From NCBI GenBank assembly GCA_051294905.1, contig CM119381.1, positions 20,026,001 to 20,090,000 of the forward strand: a stretch of 64,000 nt of DNA, read 5' to 3'. Of this stretch, positions 1 through 19,977 are shown piece by piece. A model generated the notes under the pieces. It worked only from the letters and a program-made list of their open reading frames with translations, was not told where the DNA came from and did no database searches. The first letter of the stretch is position 1; every line of letters starts with the position of its first letter. Made by a program: the position numbers and the translations under genes. The stretch is from Botryllus schlosseri (lineage: Eukaryota).

Positions 1-342
1 AGGACTGACCATTCATACGACTTCTCAAAAAACCCTGTCAAAAAAAAACGATGCACACCAAAATTTTATAAGTTCAACTAGTAGAATTTTATAAAATAAT
101 AGTATTTCAGGTGGAAAATTTCGTCACTTCGTCATGACCAAACATCATGTTGCAGGCATGCCTGAAGGGAACTAGTAAAAGATAACTCGGAACAACTTCC
201 CGTCTACCGGTTGTAATTGAGCGGATTTTGGTACGCAGTGTTTTTTAATCAAATTTACAATATATTCAGGTATCAAGTGAACAGCCCTACTGACCAAGGA
301 ATCATGCGGGAAAACAAATCGCGAACAACCGACTAGCAGTAC

Positions 343-3300
343 CTGATCGCGGCGCTCGCGATTTCGACGGAACTCGTCACGAACGGCGACACATTCTCCG
401 AGTCTTCGTGTCGCCGCCAAGACAAAGAATACCGACCGACAGGCACGTTGTTTCGATCTGTCAAATTGATTGTCGGAAACAGTTATAAAAAAGATTAGCA
501 GTGAATTCGGCATTAAAAATGTAGTAACTAATATTATATAATCAAAGCAATGCATCAATGTTGCACGGATCAATTCGAAAACAGACGTTTCCCTGAATAT
601 GAGCGTTAATTGTGCTACAGGACACTTGGCGGATTCAGCATGTCAAACCTGGCACTGGATAGGTATGTAATAAGGCAGTGCTTTTCAATATTTTACAGTT
701 CGCGATCCACTTCTAAGGCGTGTTTCATTGTGTGATCTACCATGGGATGGGATGTGCAAAGAGTCATGTGAGTAACGACTTAAAAACTAGAAGCCCACAA
801 GTGAAATTGCGCGATAATTCGAGAATACGAGTGTATGAGGCAGACAAGAACACACGTAGGCCTAACAGATGATTACAAACGAGAAAGTGCGTAATCAAGC
901 AGTAATTCGTCTTTTACGTTGAACGCAAAGGAGTTTTCGGTATAGCTTGCATCGCCGCAAATGCGTGCTTATTAATCGGGCTGGATTGCATTTTCCAATC
1001 AATGTTAGCAAAGCCTTTGGAGGAAGGCACGATTTTCAATATTAAGGCATCGACGAAATCACAATGTCCAATTTTGCGCACCAATCAAAATGACTGTCAG
1101 ATGTCAGACCTGGCTCACGAAGCACGATAAGTGGCTTACAGCACTTATGAGCGTAAAAACAATATATTTTAAAGGAGAACGGGTATTTGCCCGTCTAATC
1201 GTGAGAAGATAAGGTGTTTGGTTAACCTGGAAAATTGAATAGAAAACTACTATTTATCAATTCTTAGCGAGCCATCGGTTGATAAGCACTGTATTAATGT
1301 ATTAGGGTAGGGAGGGGTAGGTGGTTAGGGGCCTCAAGCACCAAATTCACTGGTAACCATAACAAAACGGCATGAAAATCTCAAAGATACCGACCTGGGA
1401 AATTAACTTCCTCCTCACACATCAAACAAACAGCGTCTTTCGCCGTCTCGCCTCGCTTCAACACCACACCCGCCAACATATCGAAACACGTCCCATTGAC
1501 GACGGACACCGCCCGTTCGGCCAAGCTCACGGCGCCAGATTTCAGCTCGACCGGCCAAGGCGAACAGCAATCCACGGTAACCACCGCGATAAACCGCCCG
1601 CCCGGGACCACGTGCTTGAAACTCTCGAAATCCTTGTTCCGCAAAACCGAAGACAGTCGAAACGCGGACACCGCGTCCACTGCGACCGCGTGGTCCGAGA
1701 CGCACAGACACTTTACGTCTTTCCGGTCGTCTTCGCCAGGCACACAGACTTTGTCCAACGCCTTGTACGACACACTGGCTGAAAAATTCCTGACACCGGC
1801 CTCTGTGAAACGTAGATACACGCTTTTTTCGCATACCTCGCCAGGAGACAACTCTTTCACACAGAATTCGATTTTTTTCAACGCAGACACACTCAACACC
1901 GAGTCTACATCCATTCCCAAGTACGTGTTCACAGACCATTCTTCTGACTTATCGTCTGTCAACGTGAAAGTCCCTTTTAAGTTCTCTATCTTCTGCGTCT
2001 CCTCAGACTCCATGACAAACGTAATCTTGTACACCTCGTGAATCAAAGCAGGCGGATGATGCATGATAGTAACATTCACTAACGGTTTCCGAGTGAGAAT
2101 ACGACATTTAAGTATCGGGTCAATGTCAGACCACTTCTTTACTCTGGCCGGCGCGTCATTTTGCATCATCTGTTTCGTGCTGAGTCTTGTCACTGTCGGT
2201 CGCGTCGTAAGCATGTTCCACGATAACATCACCGTGTTTGCTTCGGCGCCTAGCTGCAGCGTAACGGTAGACACTTGAACCGTGTCGCCGACATCTTTCG
2301 GATCGGGGCAAAACGAGAAAGTCAGATGCTTCAACTTGTTCGGTTCCAGATATAATGCGCCGGATTTTTCGTCAGTGACAACGCAACGTTCGTCGTACAG
2401 ACGGTTGCCGGTATTGACCGTCAGACGCGCGAATCGTATCGGAAACGTACAACTGGTTTGAAGATAAACGTGAAGAACGATAGCCTCGTTGGCGTGCACC
2501 TTCTGCGATTGGAAGCTCGTCCTGCATTCCACAAACGGTACCAGTTTGTTCATGTCGATTTCATAGGCTGTCGAGTCGGCCGTTTTTTCACGCCAGAACT
2601 CCCCAGATTTATCCAGCGCTTCCCCGTGATCGCTTTCAGCTCCCGCGCCGAAATCTCCGTCCAAGGGCGTCAACGGCTCGGGCTCCGGCGCCTCTCCCGA
2701 AACCACCCGTATCAGATTCATTTGAATCCTGGTCTTGTCCTCGTCGGAGACCTTCGAGTGCTTCCCCATGAGTTCGATGGCGGTCGTCACGTATTGCTGC
2801 ACGTTAGCGACAAGGTACGCGCATCTGTCATAAAAACAAAATGCTACAACCAAGGCATGCCAAAACCTAGTATATGAGTGATTCAGTTTTGAGTAAAGTA
2901 GAATTCGATTCGACTGCATGGAAGATGTGTAATATGTACCTTTATGCTACCACAAAGAATAGCCTCTATCGCCAGTCGTACATCACATTAAAGATAAGCT
3001 TACCATATTTTGGAATCGGGAAGGGAGGACATTTTACCAAATCAGAAAAGTTAGTTGAACAAAACTGAAATCGGTCGATTACGCTATTTTTACTGAAAAA
3101 TTTAACCAAAAAAAGGTTGTCGCTTTCGATCGAACGAATTTCCTATTTAGCGTCAGTTATGCTCAAAGAACATTTTCACTCGAATCTACCCGTTATCTTA
3201 GCTGCAAAGGAAGAAGAGTTGCCAAAAAAGACAACATTTAGGCGTCCTCTAAGGACATTTTCAAAAAACCTAAAAAGGAGGGCATACGGGTAACCCTAAT

Positions 3301-6300
3301 TAAAGATAAGTCGGTCTTTTTTCGACCATGCAATTTCATTGTGACAATGCTGTGGGGGTTGATCACTACTTCATAGATATGTCATTTACACTGATGTGCA
3401 TAATTTTGTACTACATTTTCCGCATGCTGTGATACAACCAATCAAGGTTTCTAGGCTACAGTGGAAAAAACTATGGAAAATATAATTTTAGTTGATAAAT
3501 TAAATCTTATTACCAGGAGAGAGAATCTTTATTCGTATACATTACATATCAACATAACACTACAAAAATGTAACAGTGAAATGAGACATGTAAGGTAGAC
3601 GGGAGGCTCGATATGACATAGTCTTCAGAGCCGAGCCACCCGGGACAGGAGCAATTTTCACAGTCGATAACTAATGAAAAAATAAAAAATAAACTAACGA
3701 ACGAAAGGAAAAATAAGACACAGTATCATGGACCAATTTGAAATACAACGCAAATACAATTTACCGGTAGAGATAAGAGAATGAAAACATTGTTTTTTAA
3801 AAGCATAAGAGGGAGTGCATACTTTCAGTACTTACTACTCGACTCAAATCAGTAACAATAGTCTCGATGTCACATAGGCGTATGATAAGCTTGTCGACAA
3901 GTCAGGAAGTGCTGTTAATTAGCGACTCCCTGATCTGTCGTGAACAATGAAATACGCACGCGTCTAACATTTGAATACGCGCGGTTATCAACACGTCCAA
4001 CAATTAAATACGCCCGCTTATCAATGCGTCTTGCGTCTTACGTAGCCTCGGCGTCGATTTGCGCAAGTCAAAATGTACGAGTTTCTATGGAATATGTGCT
4101 ATAGTGACGCCGATTTCAGGTGGTTCAAACCTTACCTTTTATAACTCAAGCCTACTGGACTATAACTCAAGACTAGTGGAAATCAATTACGCATGTACAT
4201 TGTACGCACGCGTCGCACATGATTGCGGACATTCGCTGTCATTCAGTTACGAGATGCCACTCTTTAATCACAATCGCCAATCAGCATAATGCTTAATAGC
4301 ATTTTATCCAAGCCATCGAGAAAAAGGAGCCAAAGCATGGTAGGCCCAAGACACGGTAGTTAGGCTAGCGATATCCTGAGTACTAGGCCTATTGCAGATG
4401 CGATTGTGTAGGCCAGCGACGATATCGTGCGCACCAAGCCAATGCGATTCTTCAAGCCAGCGGAATTAGGCTTATTGAAGATGCGGTAAATCAGGCTAGC
4501 AACGATTGCGAACGCGACAATGAATGACCTGATTTCGCAATCATCTTAGCGGGAGATCGTGTTTCCTTACATTGTGCAGTGCAATGTGCATGGGACGAAT
4601 CTCGCTAATTGGCAACACGCCTTTCGTTAATTGGCCGCGCGCAATACTGATAACAGGACTTATTGAATTGCAACCGAGTATTAGCGTCAGAGCGGTCATT
4701 TGAAAAAGTTGGGGTTTCGCGTTTCTAAAGGAGGGGTGTCGACCCCCCGAAACCCCCCCTGGCCCCTAGCTACGCGCCTGCTCGCAATTGTCAATTAAAA
4801 AAAAATCCCTCCAGAATCTCACCGGAACGCGATCACTTGTATCCTGTTGAAAACGTCCCACCACTTGTTGTCCCGATAATCCCAAGCGGTGTGACCAAAC
4901 AGCGTCAACGCCTTCACGTAATCCTTCGCGTGATAATACTCCTCCGCCATATGCACAGTCAGACACCGCTTCATCCTGGGGCACTTGTACTTCTTGAACT
5001 GCGCCACCGCGGCGCTGAGCAGCGGCACGATCTGTCGCGACTGGTCCACGTTGGCTTCGCGCAATTTCAAAGCCAGGATACCGTCCCGTTCTTTGTTAGG
5101 GTCGGGCGGGTCTATGCTTTGGTGTCCTTGCCGCCACTGTCTCTGCCCGTAGAAATCCAGCGGACCGTCCGTGTGCAACGGATCAGGGGTTGGGTACGCG
5201 CTGCCAGCCACAGCGGAACAGATTTCTCGAGCTTGCGTGCGACGATCGCGTGCGTAGTTTGCAGCCTGCTGAAAATAAAACCCAGGGTGCTGGGTTTGTA
5301 TCGCAGCCAGCCCGGCCTTGATGGCCTCGTCAAATAGCCCGCCGAAGACTTCGAACTGCATGCTCATCCAGGCGCTGTGCTCGAACGCCAGCTCGGAGAC
5401 GCCGCGTTTTGGTTTGAAGAGGTCGACGTGCCGCCGGAACTGCTTGATGGCCTCGAGCGGCTCGTCGAGGCGCAGGAAGTAGAGCCGACAGATCTTGTAG
5501 TTGACGAAGCCTCCGATCACCTGGTGTGTTGCAATTGGACGTTATTAATACTTGAATAATTCATATCGAAATGCATCCGTGTATTTTCAGCTCACACTCG
5601 CCAGGGATGATCATCAGCAACCAGTAGAGCGTTAAAAGAAATTTGTATATTAGCAGTCGTACAACCGAATATCACATCGTCGCCGGCATGAAAATTGGAA
5701 TAATCTAGGCCGGTGGTTCCCAACCTTTTTCGACATATCGCCCCTTTATCAATCTTGACACAAATTTTCGCCCCCCATATTTAGGGTTCAGAAAAAGAGG
5801 AAATATAATCGGGAAATTCATTCACCTGACTCTGATCGCTGGTGAATTTACTAAGAAAGACCATTTTTCCAATCTGGTAGGTGCTCGGCTTCCGCGTCTA
5901 CTTTCTGTTTTTCGCGTCATATGCAAAATAAGCCGTAGTCACATGCATTTTTGACAGTGGTAATTAAATATATCTCACAGGAAATTTAAACATTTTCACC
6001 CCCAATTGCCTGCTTTGGTATTTTCGCCCACTTGTTTCTCAAAATTGGCCTCTGGGGGACGATATCGCCCACGTTGGGAACCACATATCTAGGCAAATAC
6101 GGACTCCGACAACTTCGAACACACCGACTTCTAATATTTTCTCAACAGAATTGTGACTCAACATTCCTGTTAATCTACTCGGAAAATCATATGAATATTA
6201 CGTTTCAGTAATCATTATTACCAGATGAATGAACATATTGATTTTGAATTGTGCTCGCAGAGAGAAATTACGTTTGTGAGGATACGCCGACCTGAAAACT

Positions 6301-8747
6301 TGATAACTTCTAAAACTGTGACATTCGAGAACATTTGGTTCAATTTTAAAGCAGGCGAAGTCGGAATCAGAGCAATCTAACAAACTCTGACGGTCATTAT
6401 GTGTTTCCCCAACTCCAATATAAATGAGTGCCACAAAATCAAGAGAAAATTCAACGAAACACCGACTCCACAGCACTGGTTCAATAAACTCTTGGGTTAT
6501 TACATTACATCACCTTCACTTCCAGGTTGTTGGTGTCGTGCGAGCGCAGCTCGTGGACGTGGTTGTAGGCCTGGACGTAGTGCTTCAGCGCCGTGGTGTG
6601 GTCCTGCATGAGCTCGCCAAAGAAGGCGATTTTGAACTGGTGCCGGACAAACAGCAGCTGATGGGTGGTCTTGTTCAGGAACTCCTTGTGGGCACGGACG
6701 CGACGGGCTTCCGTGTGGTAGTAGCTGTTTGCAAGCTCATAAAACGCATTTTCGAGTCTGAAAACCGAAGGCATTCAAAGTGATCGCTGACATTACTCGA
6801 GTACAAGCATAACTAACGCCGTGTCGAAACAATAACTCTTGGTGATAAAATTTGTATTCACTACAATAAAATAAACTCATTCATTCATTCAAGTAGTGCT
6901 TGACTACTGCAAAAAGCAGAAGTAATACGTTACTGAGTCAAGAGTATCCTTATCACAAAATTAAACAATGTATACCTGATAATATATCCGAGTATGTGGT
7001 CACTTAGCGGCAATATGAAGAGAGATTTTGACGATAAACCGCAGGCACTGCACAGAGCAGAAGCTCGATCTTGAGCGCCCATGTCCTCCCCGGCTGGTAA
7101 GAGAGAGCTTTTTTGAATGAGTACGACAGCCACTTTAGTGTTTCTTCCTGAGAGTGAATGCATTGATGGGAGATAATATTTGATTTCATGAATCACAAAC
7201 CAAACCTTTCAAACTGGCTCGGACTACTTCGACTCTGGAAACACACTCCAGTTGTTTCTCATCCCAGAGCGGTTCATCCCAATCCAGCTCGTAGAATATA
7301 ACAACAACCCCCGGGACTTTGCACAGATGTTTGTCCATCCATTTCGTTTTGAGTATACCCTTAGAATATTGCACCAATTACAAGACCATGAAAGCAACAA
7401 GTTGAATCAAGCAACAATTACAACTGCACATCTGTACAATATACATAAGAAAATGAACATAAACATTGCCGATACATCGATTAGTCCATAACCAACAACC
7501 AGACTAATGGTTTCAACTCAAATCCCACTGCAACTGCTGGAGAAGGAATTAGCATTTAACAGTATAGAATTAGAAGTATATTTACCTGGATGCAAGAGGT
7601 GGCTACTACCATTTAATTTGTGTGAAATATTTTCGTCATCCCAAAGGGATATTTATATGGAACATCTCAAATGCAAAATATAGGATAAAACTATGGATAT
7701 GAACTGTGCTCAAACCGAAATGATAAAAGTATCTGCATGGGAAGGGAATATGATGACATTTTATGAGAATTAACTTTTACTCACTTTGGGAATGTACCAT
7801 TCATATGAGGTCCTTCTATCTTTGGCTCTTGGATAAGCATGATCTCCCAGGAGACATTCGAAGGATATTGGAACTCTGTCACTTTTTCTAAAGGAGGAAA
7901 AATATATTGTTAGGATCAATCTCAGGAAGCGCCATACCAAGTCATGTTGAGAATTGAGATGAGAGTGACACATTTATTTTCATTCAACCAAAATATATAG
8001 CAAACAAACAATCATGATAAATATAGTCCTTCAGTAGTATAACAAAAGCGAGCTTATTCACGGTTGGTCAATTTTAACGAAGTGTTTTGAAAACAGAACT
8101 GTTGGAATTTGGCAACGTTGCAGGGTATATATATTGTTACCGTAGCTGAACAATGCATAGATGGCTGTGGTGTCACCTCAGATCAGATATATATTAAATG
8201 AAACTGACTTAACGTTAGGTATGATACTAAAATGATTGAGATAGATTAGGTATACAAGAATTCCATTTACAAGTTGGCTACTAACTACACAATTTATCAA
8301 ATAGTCACATCTATTCCAGATTACAAGAACAAGAATTGGTAAGAAATTTAGAACATTCAAGATTAGTTATCATAGCAGGTGTAGAAAATTTTTTAGAACT
8401 AATTTCACGAGCTCACTCGTGATTTGCACATTCAGCATGACAGCATTCAGGCGAGTCGAGTTCTCATTTCTCAATGTTTCCTCTTAGAGTTTTTTTAAAC
8501 TTTATTCTGCTGATTAATGCTTGGGGCTTGAATCTTAACATACATAGCGAGATTTTCCGATCAATCAAATGTGTATAGTGACACGGCTGACTATAACCGT
8601 ATGATATCCGAAATCTCACCTGTTATTGCTGAATGCGTCCCAGATTGATTTATGCACAGCATTGTAGGTAACATCCAATCCAGTTAGCACAACAAACGAG
8701 GTTGGATCACAGCACAAATCTTCTGGCAATTCTGTAGCGGACACCAT
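343..8747 (-). CDS. TRAPPC11: Trafficking protein particle complex subunit 11 (TRAPP III subunit), 3'-partial
   Basis: Exons (minus): 8747-8620, 7887-7785, 7359-7206, 7147-6976, 6757-6514, 5520-4823, 2824-1395, 457-343. All are GT-AG with matching phases, about 1014 codons in window. Translation starts [39 protein letters not shown] and contains [68 protein letters not shown] and [15 protein letters not shown], all characteristic of TRAPPC11. The last ~120 aa are expected left of the window. Confidence 0.96.
2995..3298. mobile_element. hAT-type MITE in a TRAPPC11 intron
   Basis: Imperfect terminal inverted repeats (TIRs) TAAGCTTACCAT / CGGGTAACCCTA. Perfect 8-bp TSD ATTAAAGA on both sides. 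Related copy at 27829-28149. Confidence 0.8.
3517..3780 (-). mobile_element. 5'-truncated LINE 3' UTR (second L2/CR1-like family)
   Basis: Minus strand reads a T-rich tract, then CCCGGGTGGCTCGGCTCTGAAGACTATGTCATATCGAGCC (GGCTCG/CGAGCC stem), then AATAAA and a (TC)n-like tail. The layout matches the LINE tails at 10918-11175 and elsewhere. Confidence 0.5.
5711..6086. mobile_element. hAT (Buster/Charlie-like) MITE
   Basis: Ends CGGTGGTTCCCAAC / GTTGGGAACCACAT. Perfect TSD ATCTAGGC (nnnTAnnn). Confidence 0.8.
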
Positions 8748-9204
8748 CGTCTATATAGTATATATTAATACTGAAGTAACTACACCTCAGCCGTTAACAA
8801 AAATATCATGCAAAACACCACCGCTCCCCGGCTCCTTCAAATACCTGTACCCCAATCGAGGGTGTTGCTACGTATAGGGACTGTGCAAATATCGTCTGTA
8901 TCGTGGTTATTAGTGATTTCTGGGTATGTTTCGGGTTATCAACAGTTGACATTTGGTTCTAAAATGGCCGATTTATCAACTACATGTGTTTGTTTAGCCA
9001 TCCATTCATATTTCAGCTGGTTGAAAACGTGATTGGTAATGACATTGATGCTAATGGCGAAGGAATAAACTGCATTCAAGGACTCTCGGTTGCTTTATAC
9101 ACAACAGACGCTCCAGAATCAATCGCACCCGTTAAGGAGTCAATTGATATGCCCTACGTTCGATCAACTAACATAACGTGGACCACAAAAATCGTGCTTT
9201 CAAG

Positions 9205-10131
9205 TCATTTGTAATGAAGATGCATTAAATAACAAATGGGATATCCCAACATCAGCGTGAACGCACAGAAAAATAACAAAACAGTTTCAACCTTAATTCT
9301 TTTTTTGCTGAAAGTAAAGAATTCGTTTTTAGTGTCTATACTTCGCACGCGACTCGTGCCTAACCTTTCTTCGTAGTCTGTCGGGTATCGCGAACAATAA
9401 GAAGGGGGCTTGACGGCATCATCTTTGCATTCATTGTACAGAAATTCATCCCTAATTTTCCTTGCTTTCGTGGGATCTACTAACTTGAAAGCACAGGTAC
9501 GACCAGGAGATGCGTCGAAGCTGAAAGCCCTAATCACTGTATCGAGTCCAAACCAAACTATTCCTTCTGCACCGACGTTTTCATTGGTTTTCATCCGCAA
9601 GGTTTTACCATCATGTTTACCTTCCGCCTTGATTCCTTCAAGTTTTTCTTCAACTACCTTTTGATGGTCAGTAATGGAACTATTTTCAGTACTCAGCTCA
9701 TCCATAGGTTTATTTGTGATGAAATCAACCCTATCACCGTCATCTTCTATTGTTGTCTCCTTCAATGCTTGTCTCGGACTGCGCTCATATCCATCCGCTT
9801 TCTTAGTTGCGATCTCAGCTTCAGTCATGTTGATGGGCCCGCTATCTCCGACTTCAAATACCCCATCGTTGTCGCAGTGATTTTCCGCTGTGGTTTTTGC
9901 TTGTTTCATAAACTCTTCCAAAATTTTGCTATTGGTGCCGGAGACACCATCTGCTTTATTTTTAGTATCATCTTTCAGCGCTTCCAGGCCCACGATAGGA
10001 TCCACACCTTTTCTAAGGGAGTCAAATATTTTGGCATTGGTATTCCCCTCGCCCTTGCCCTCTTCGTTCGCCCGAAATAATCGCCTCTTTCGTAAACTCA
10101 TTTTTCGAAATGACTGATCAACATCTGACAT
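9205..10131 (-). CDS. Intronless orphan protein, 308 aa, predicted tail-anchored membrane protein
   Basis: 927-bp uninterrupted ORF in AT-rich DNA, with long antisense open frames as often seen over real coding sequence. N-terminal basic cluster (SLRKRRLFR), a long acidic/charged middle, a Cys-containing segment near the C-terminus, then KKRIK plus hydrophobic VETVLLFFCAFTLMLGYPICYLM and a short HLHYK tail. No family recognised. Confidence 0.75.
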   Translation of the reverse strand: MSDVDQSFRKMSLRKRRLFRANEEGKGEGNTNAKIFDSLRKGVDPIVGLEALKDDTKNKADGVSGTNSKILEEFMKQAKTTAENHCDNDGVFEVGDSGPINMTEAEIATKKADGYERSPRQALKETTIEDDGDRVDFITNKPMDELSTENSSITDHQKVVEEKLEGIKAEGKHDGKTLRMKTNENVGAEGIVWFGLDTVIRAFSFDASPGRTCAFKLVDPTKARKIRDEFLYNECKDDAVKPPSYCSRYPTDYEERLGTSRVRSIDTKNEFFTFSKKRIKVETVLLFFCAFTLMLGYPICYLMHLHYK

Positions 10132-10330
10132 TACGCAAACTCAATGGAAGTCCAGTACATTGGAATGATAAAATCGAAATCTTTCTTATTATGTTAAGTT
10201 ATAGGTTTTGTGACGTAAACAATGACCAACGATGGAATGCAGCAAACGTGTTTGCAAGTGAAGCGTGACGGTGGAGAATGGTTATTCCCCCAGACTAATG
10301 AAAACGAGTTTGTGGTAATCTTCGCGACAG

Positions 10331-10396
10331 GTAAGGTTTTCGACAAACAACACTTGTTCGTGGTCGTTTGGTTAGTACTGTAGCTTCCCTGCACAG
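10331..10396 (+). other. Probable 5'-UTR intron of glycerol kinase
   Basis: Strong donor ACAG|GTAAGG at 10331 and acceptor CTTCCCTGCACAG at 10396. The 66-bp length is the local modal intron size, and it ends 25 nt before the GK ATG. Confidence 0.55.
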
Positions 10397-10421
10397 CTGA
10401 CACATCCTACTGAAATGCACA

Positions 10422-18123
<7,702 letters not shown>

Positions 18124-19121
18124 AGGGAATGCGATACGGAGATTTAATCGTGGAAATCTTCATTTTTTATTTCGGTACTAATCATGGCAATTTTCCTATG
18201 TTTAATTCTTCAACCTACGACGTTCGATACAATGAAATATATATGCAGAAATCAGTCGGCAGACATTTCCGTAATCGCAGATATATGATTGACTTGCGCT
18301 AGACAGTAGACACCAGGCACAGGCGGGGCCTATCACAAAATATTTGACTTCGATTTCTCTATCTTCGCATTGGGAGTAGGTTTCATTCAAATTATTCAAA
18401 ACACCTAAAATCACTTTAGGTAATTTGATGCGGTTTGAACACCCAAGCGTCGGACAACCAAGATTTCCCTATATTCTCTCCGAAATAAAATACACGATTG
18501 TTTAACTTGTTAGCGCTATAGCTCCGAAAAAAGTCAAGTGCTATGAATTTGATACATCGAAGACGGGTACAAAGTGTAGCGAGAAGTAATAATGAAAGAG
18601 AAGGTCCGACTGTACCATGGTCGCATGAAAGTCTCGATTAAGTTCTTTCATATCCCTATTGCGATACTAAACTCGCTTTGCAGTGACATCATGGAAGATA
18701 CGCGTAAAGTGCTGTCACTGATTTGCGACAGATATCTTGGCAACAGGGTGATGCCGTAGCGCGTAATCCCCTCGAAAGAGGTTCGTTCTGTGTCGGAGTT
18801 CGTGATGCCTATTGTGAAATTAGTGCTTCTCGATGCCACGAAGCGTCTTCTTCAATAACCCGATGGTTAATCTAATTACACCGTTCTATTGAGGGAGATA
18901 CAATATTGAGTCACATTTATTTATATGCCAGACTAACGATGGTGTCGGTGATGCACTTAGAGGTATGGAATGCGTTACGTACATGCGATTATACTGCGAA
19001 GTAGATAAACTCTAAACAGCATTAAGACATCTGCGAATATTCCCTCAACTCTCGCATCTAATCACACACAGACATTCAGAGAACAGCGTTTCATTTTTTG
19101 TTCATTTCGCGATGTCTAGAT

Positions 19122-19977
19122 CAGCGGTTCTCAACCGGGGGTCCGCGGACCCCTAGGGGTCCGTGAAGCATCTCCAGGGGGTCCGCGAAGCCTCAAAATA
19201 TTTGATAACCTAGTTTGTATTTTTTTTTAATTCGGAAAATCACGAGGCAGTTTCGCTTCATTACTAGTAAAACTTCAGAACTCACATACACAGAATGACC
19301 GTCTGAGATGAAATATTCTACTGTAGACTCATTTTAATTGCTAAATTGCCAATAGCCCACTGATTTAAACATTTTGCTATTTAGAGATGTTTTGTTGGGG
19401 ATTATGGGAGGGAAAAGTTGGATAAGTAAGGTCAATCACCGCGACTTCAAAATATTTACAAAAATCCACTTTCTCCTGTGATACAGAACCATTTTTTCAT
19501 ATTAACTCCAAGATAAGCTGCTCGATAAAAATGACCAGACTTGACGTTATATGATCATTAAAAAATTGTTTGCCAATCTTGGTGCCATATTTGTTGCGAT
19601 CATACCCAAATGTGTCGTCGGAAGCGTTCCGCATTATTATTACATTCGTCACTATCTATATTTGTGGAAATGGATTTTTGGCACTCGTTCATGTCAAATC
19701 GAAGTCGCGGACTTTCAAGACACGACCACTTATTACAAGAAATGCAGTTGCAGAACTCGCTTAGAAATGATAGAAGTCAACCCCGTTTCTAAATGAATAG
19801 TATGATCTCATTTTCAAGAAAAGTCATTTTGTTGATGTTTATCACTAAGGGTATACAGATTACAGATGACGATTGCACGATAATTGAGCTAAATTTGGAC
19901 TTAAACTTCGTGGGGGTCCGCGGGGTCCGTGACGGTCCGAATGGGGTCCGCGACCACAAAAAGGTTGAGAACCACTG
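19122..19977 (+). mobile_element. hAT (Buster) deletion-derivative MITE
   Basis: TIR CAG(C/T)GGTTCTCAACC with GGGGTCCGCG subterminal repeats. Perfect TSD GTCTAGAT. Internal remnant FVTIYICGNGFLALVHVKSKSR resembles the hAT C-terminal dimerisation motif. Confidence 0.9.

Noticed and set aside
1-50. Strong minus-strand acceptor (TTTTTTTTTGACAG) as the next TRAPPC11 exon
   Set aside because: In the required phase it gives a stop after three codons and no TRAPPC11 similarity.
172-573. 133-aa minus-strand ORF from the track
   Set aside because: Wrong frame. The real coding sequence is TRAPPC11 exon 457-343 in another frame ([14 protein letters not shown]).
1305-1331. Four G-tracts, potential G-quadruplex
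   Set aside because: A single intronic motif with a long third loop and no supporting context.
1372-2877. Plus-strand ORFs of 71-181 aa over the large TRAPPC11 exon (also 4837-5337)
   Set aside because: Antisense shadows of a GC-rich coding exon.
8984-9214. 76-codon plus-strand ORF with an acceptor-like TTTCAG
   Set aside because: Short, no recognisable motif, no upstream exon to join, and it overlaps the expected 3' UTR and promoter of minus-strand genes.
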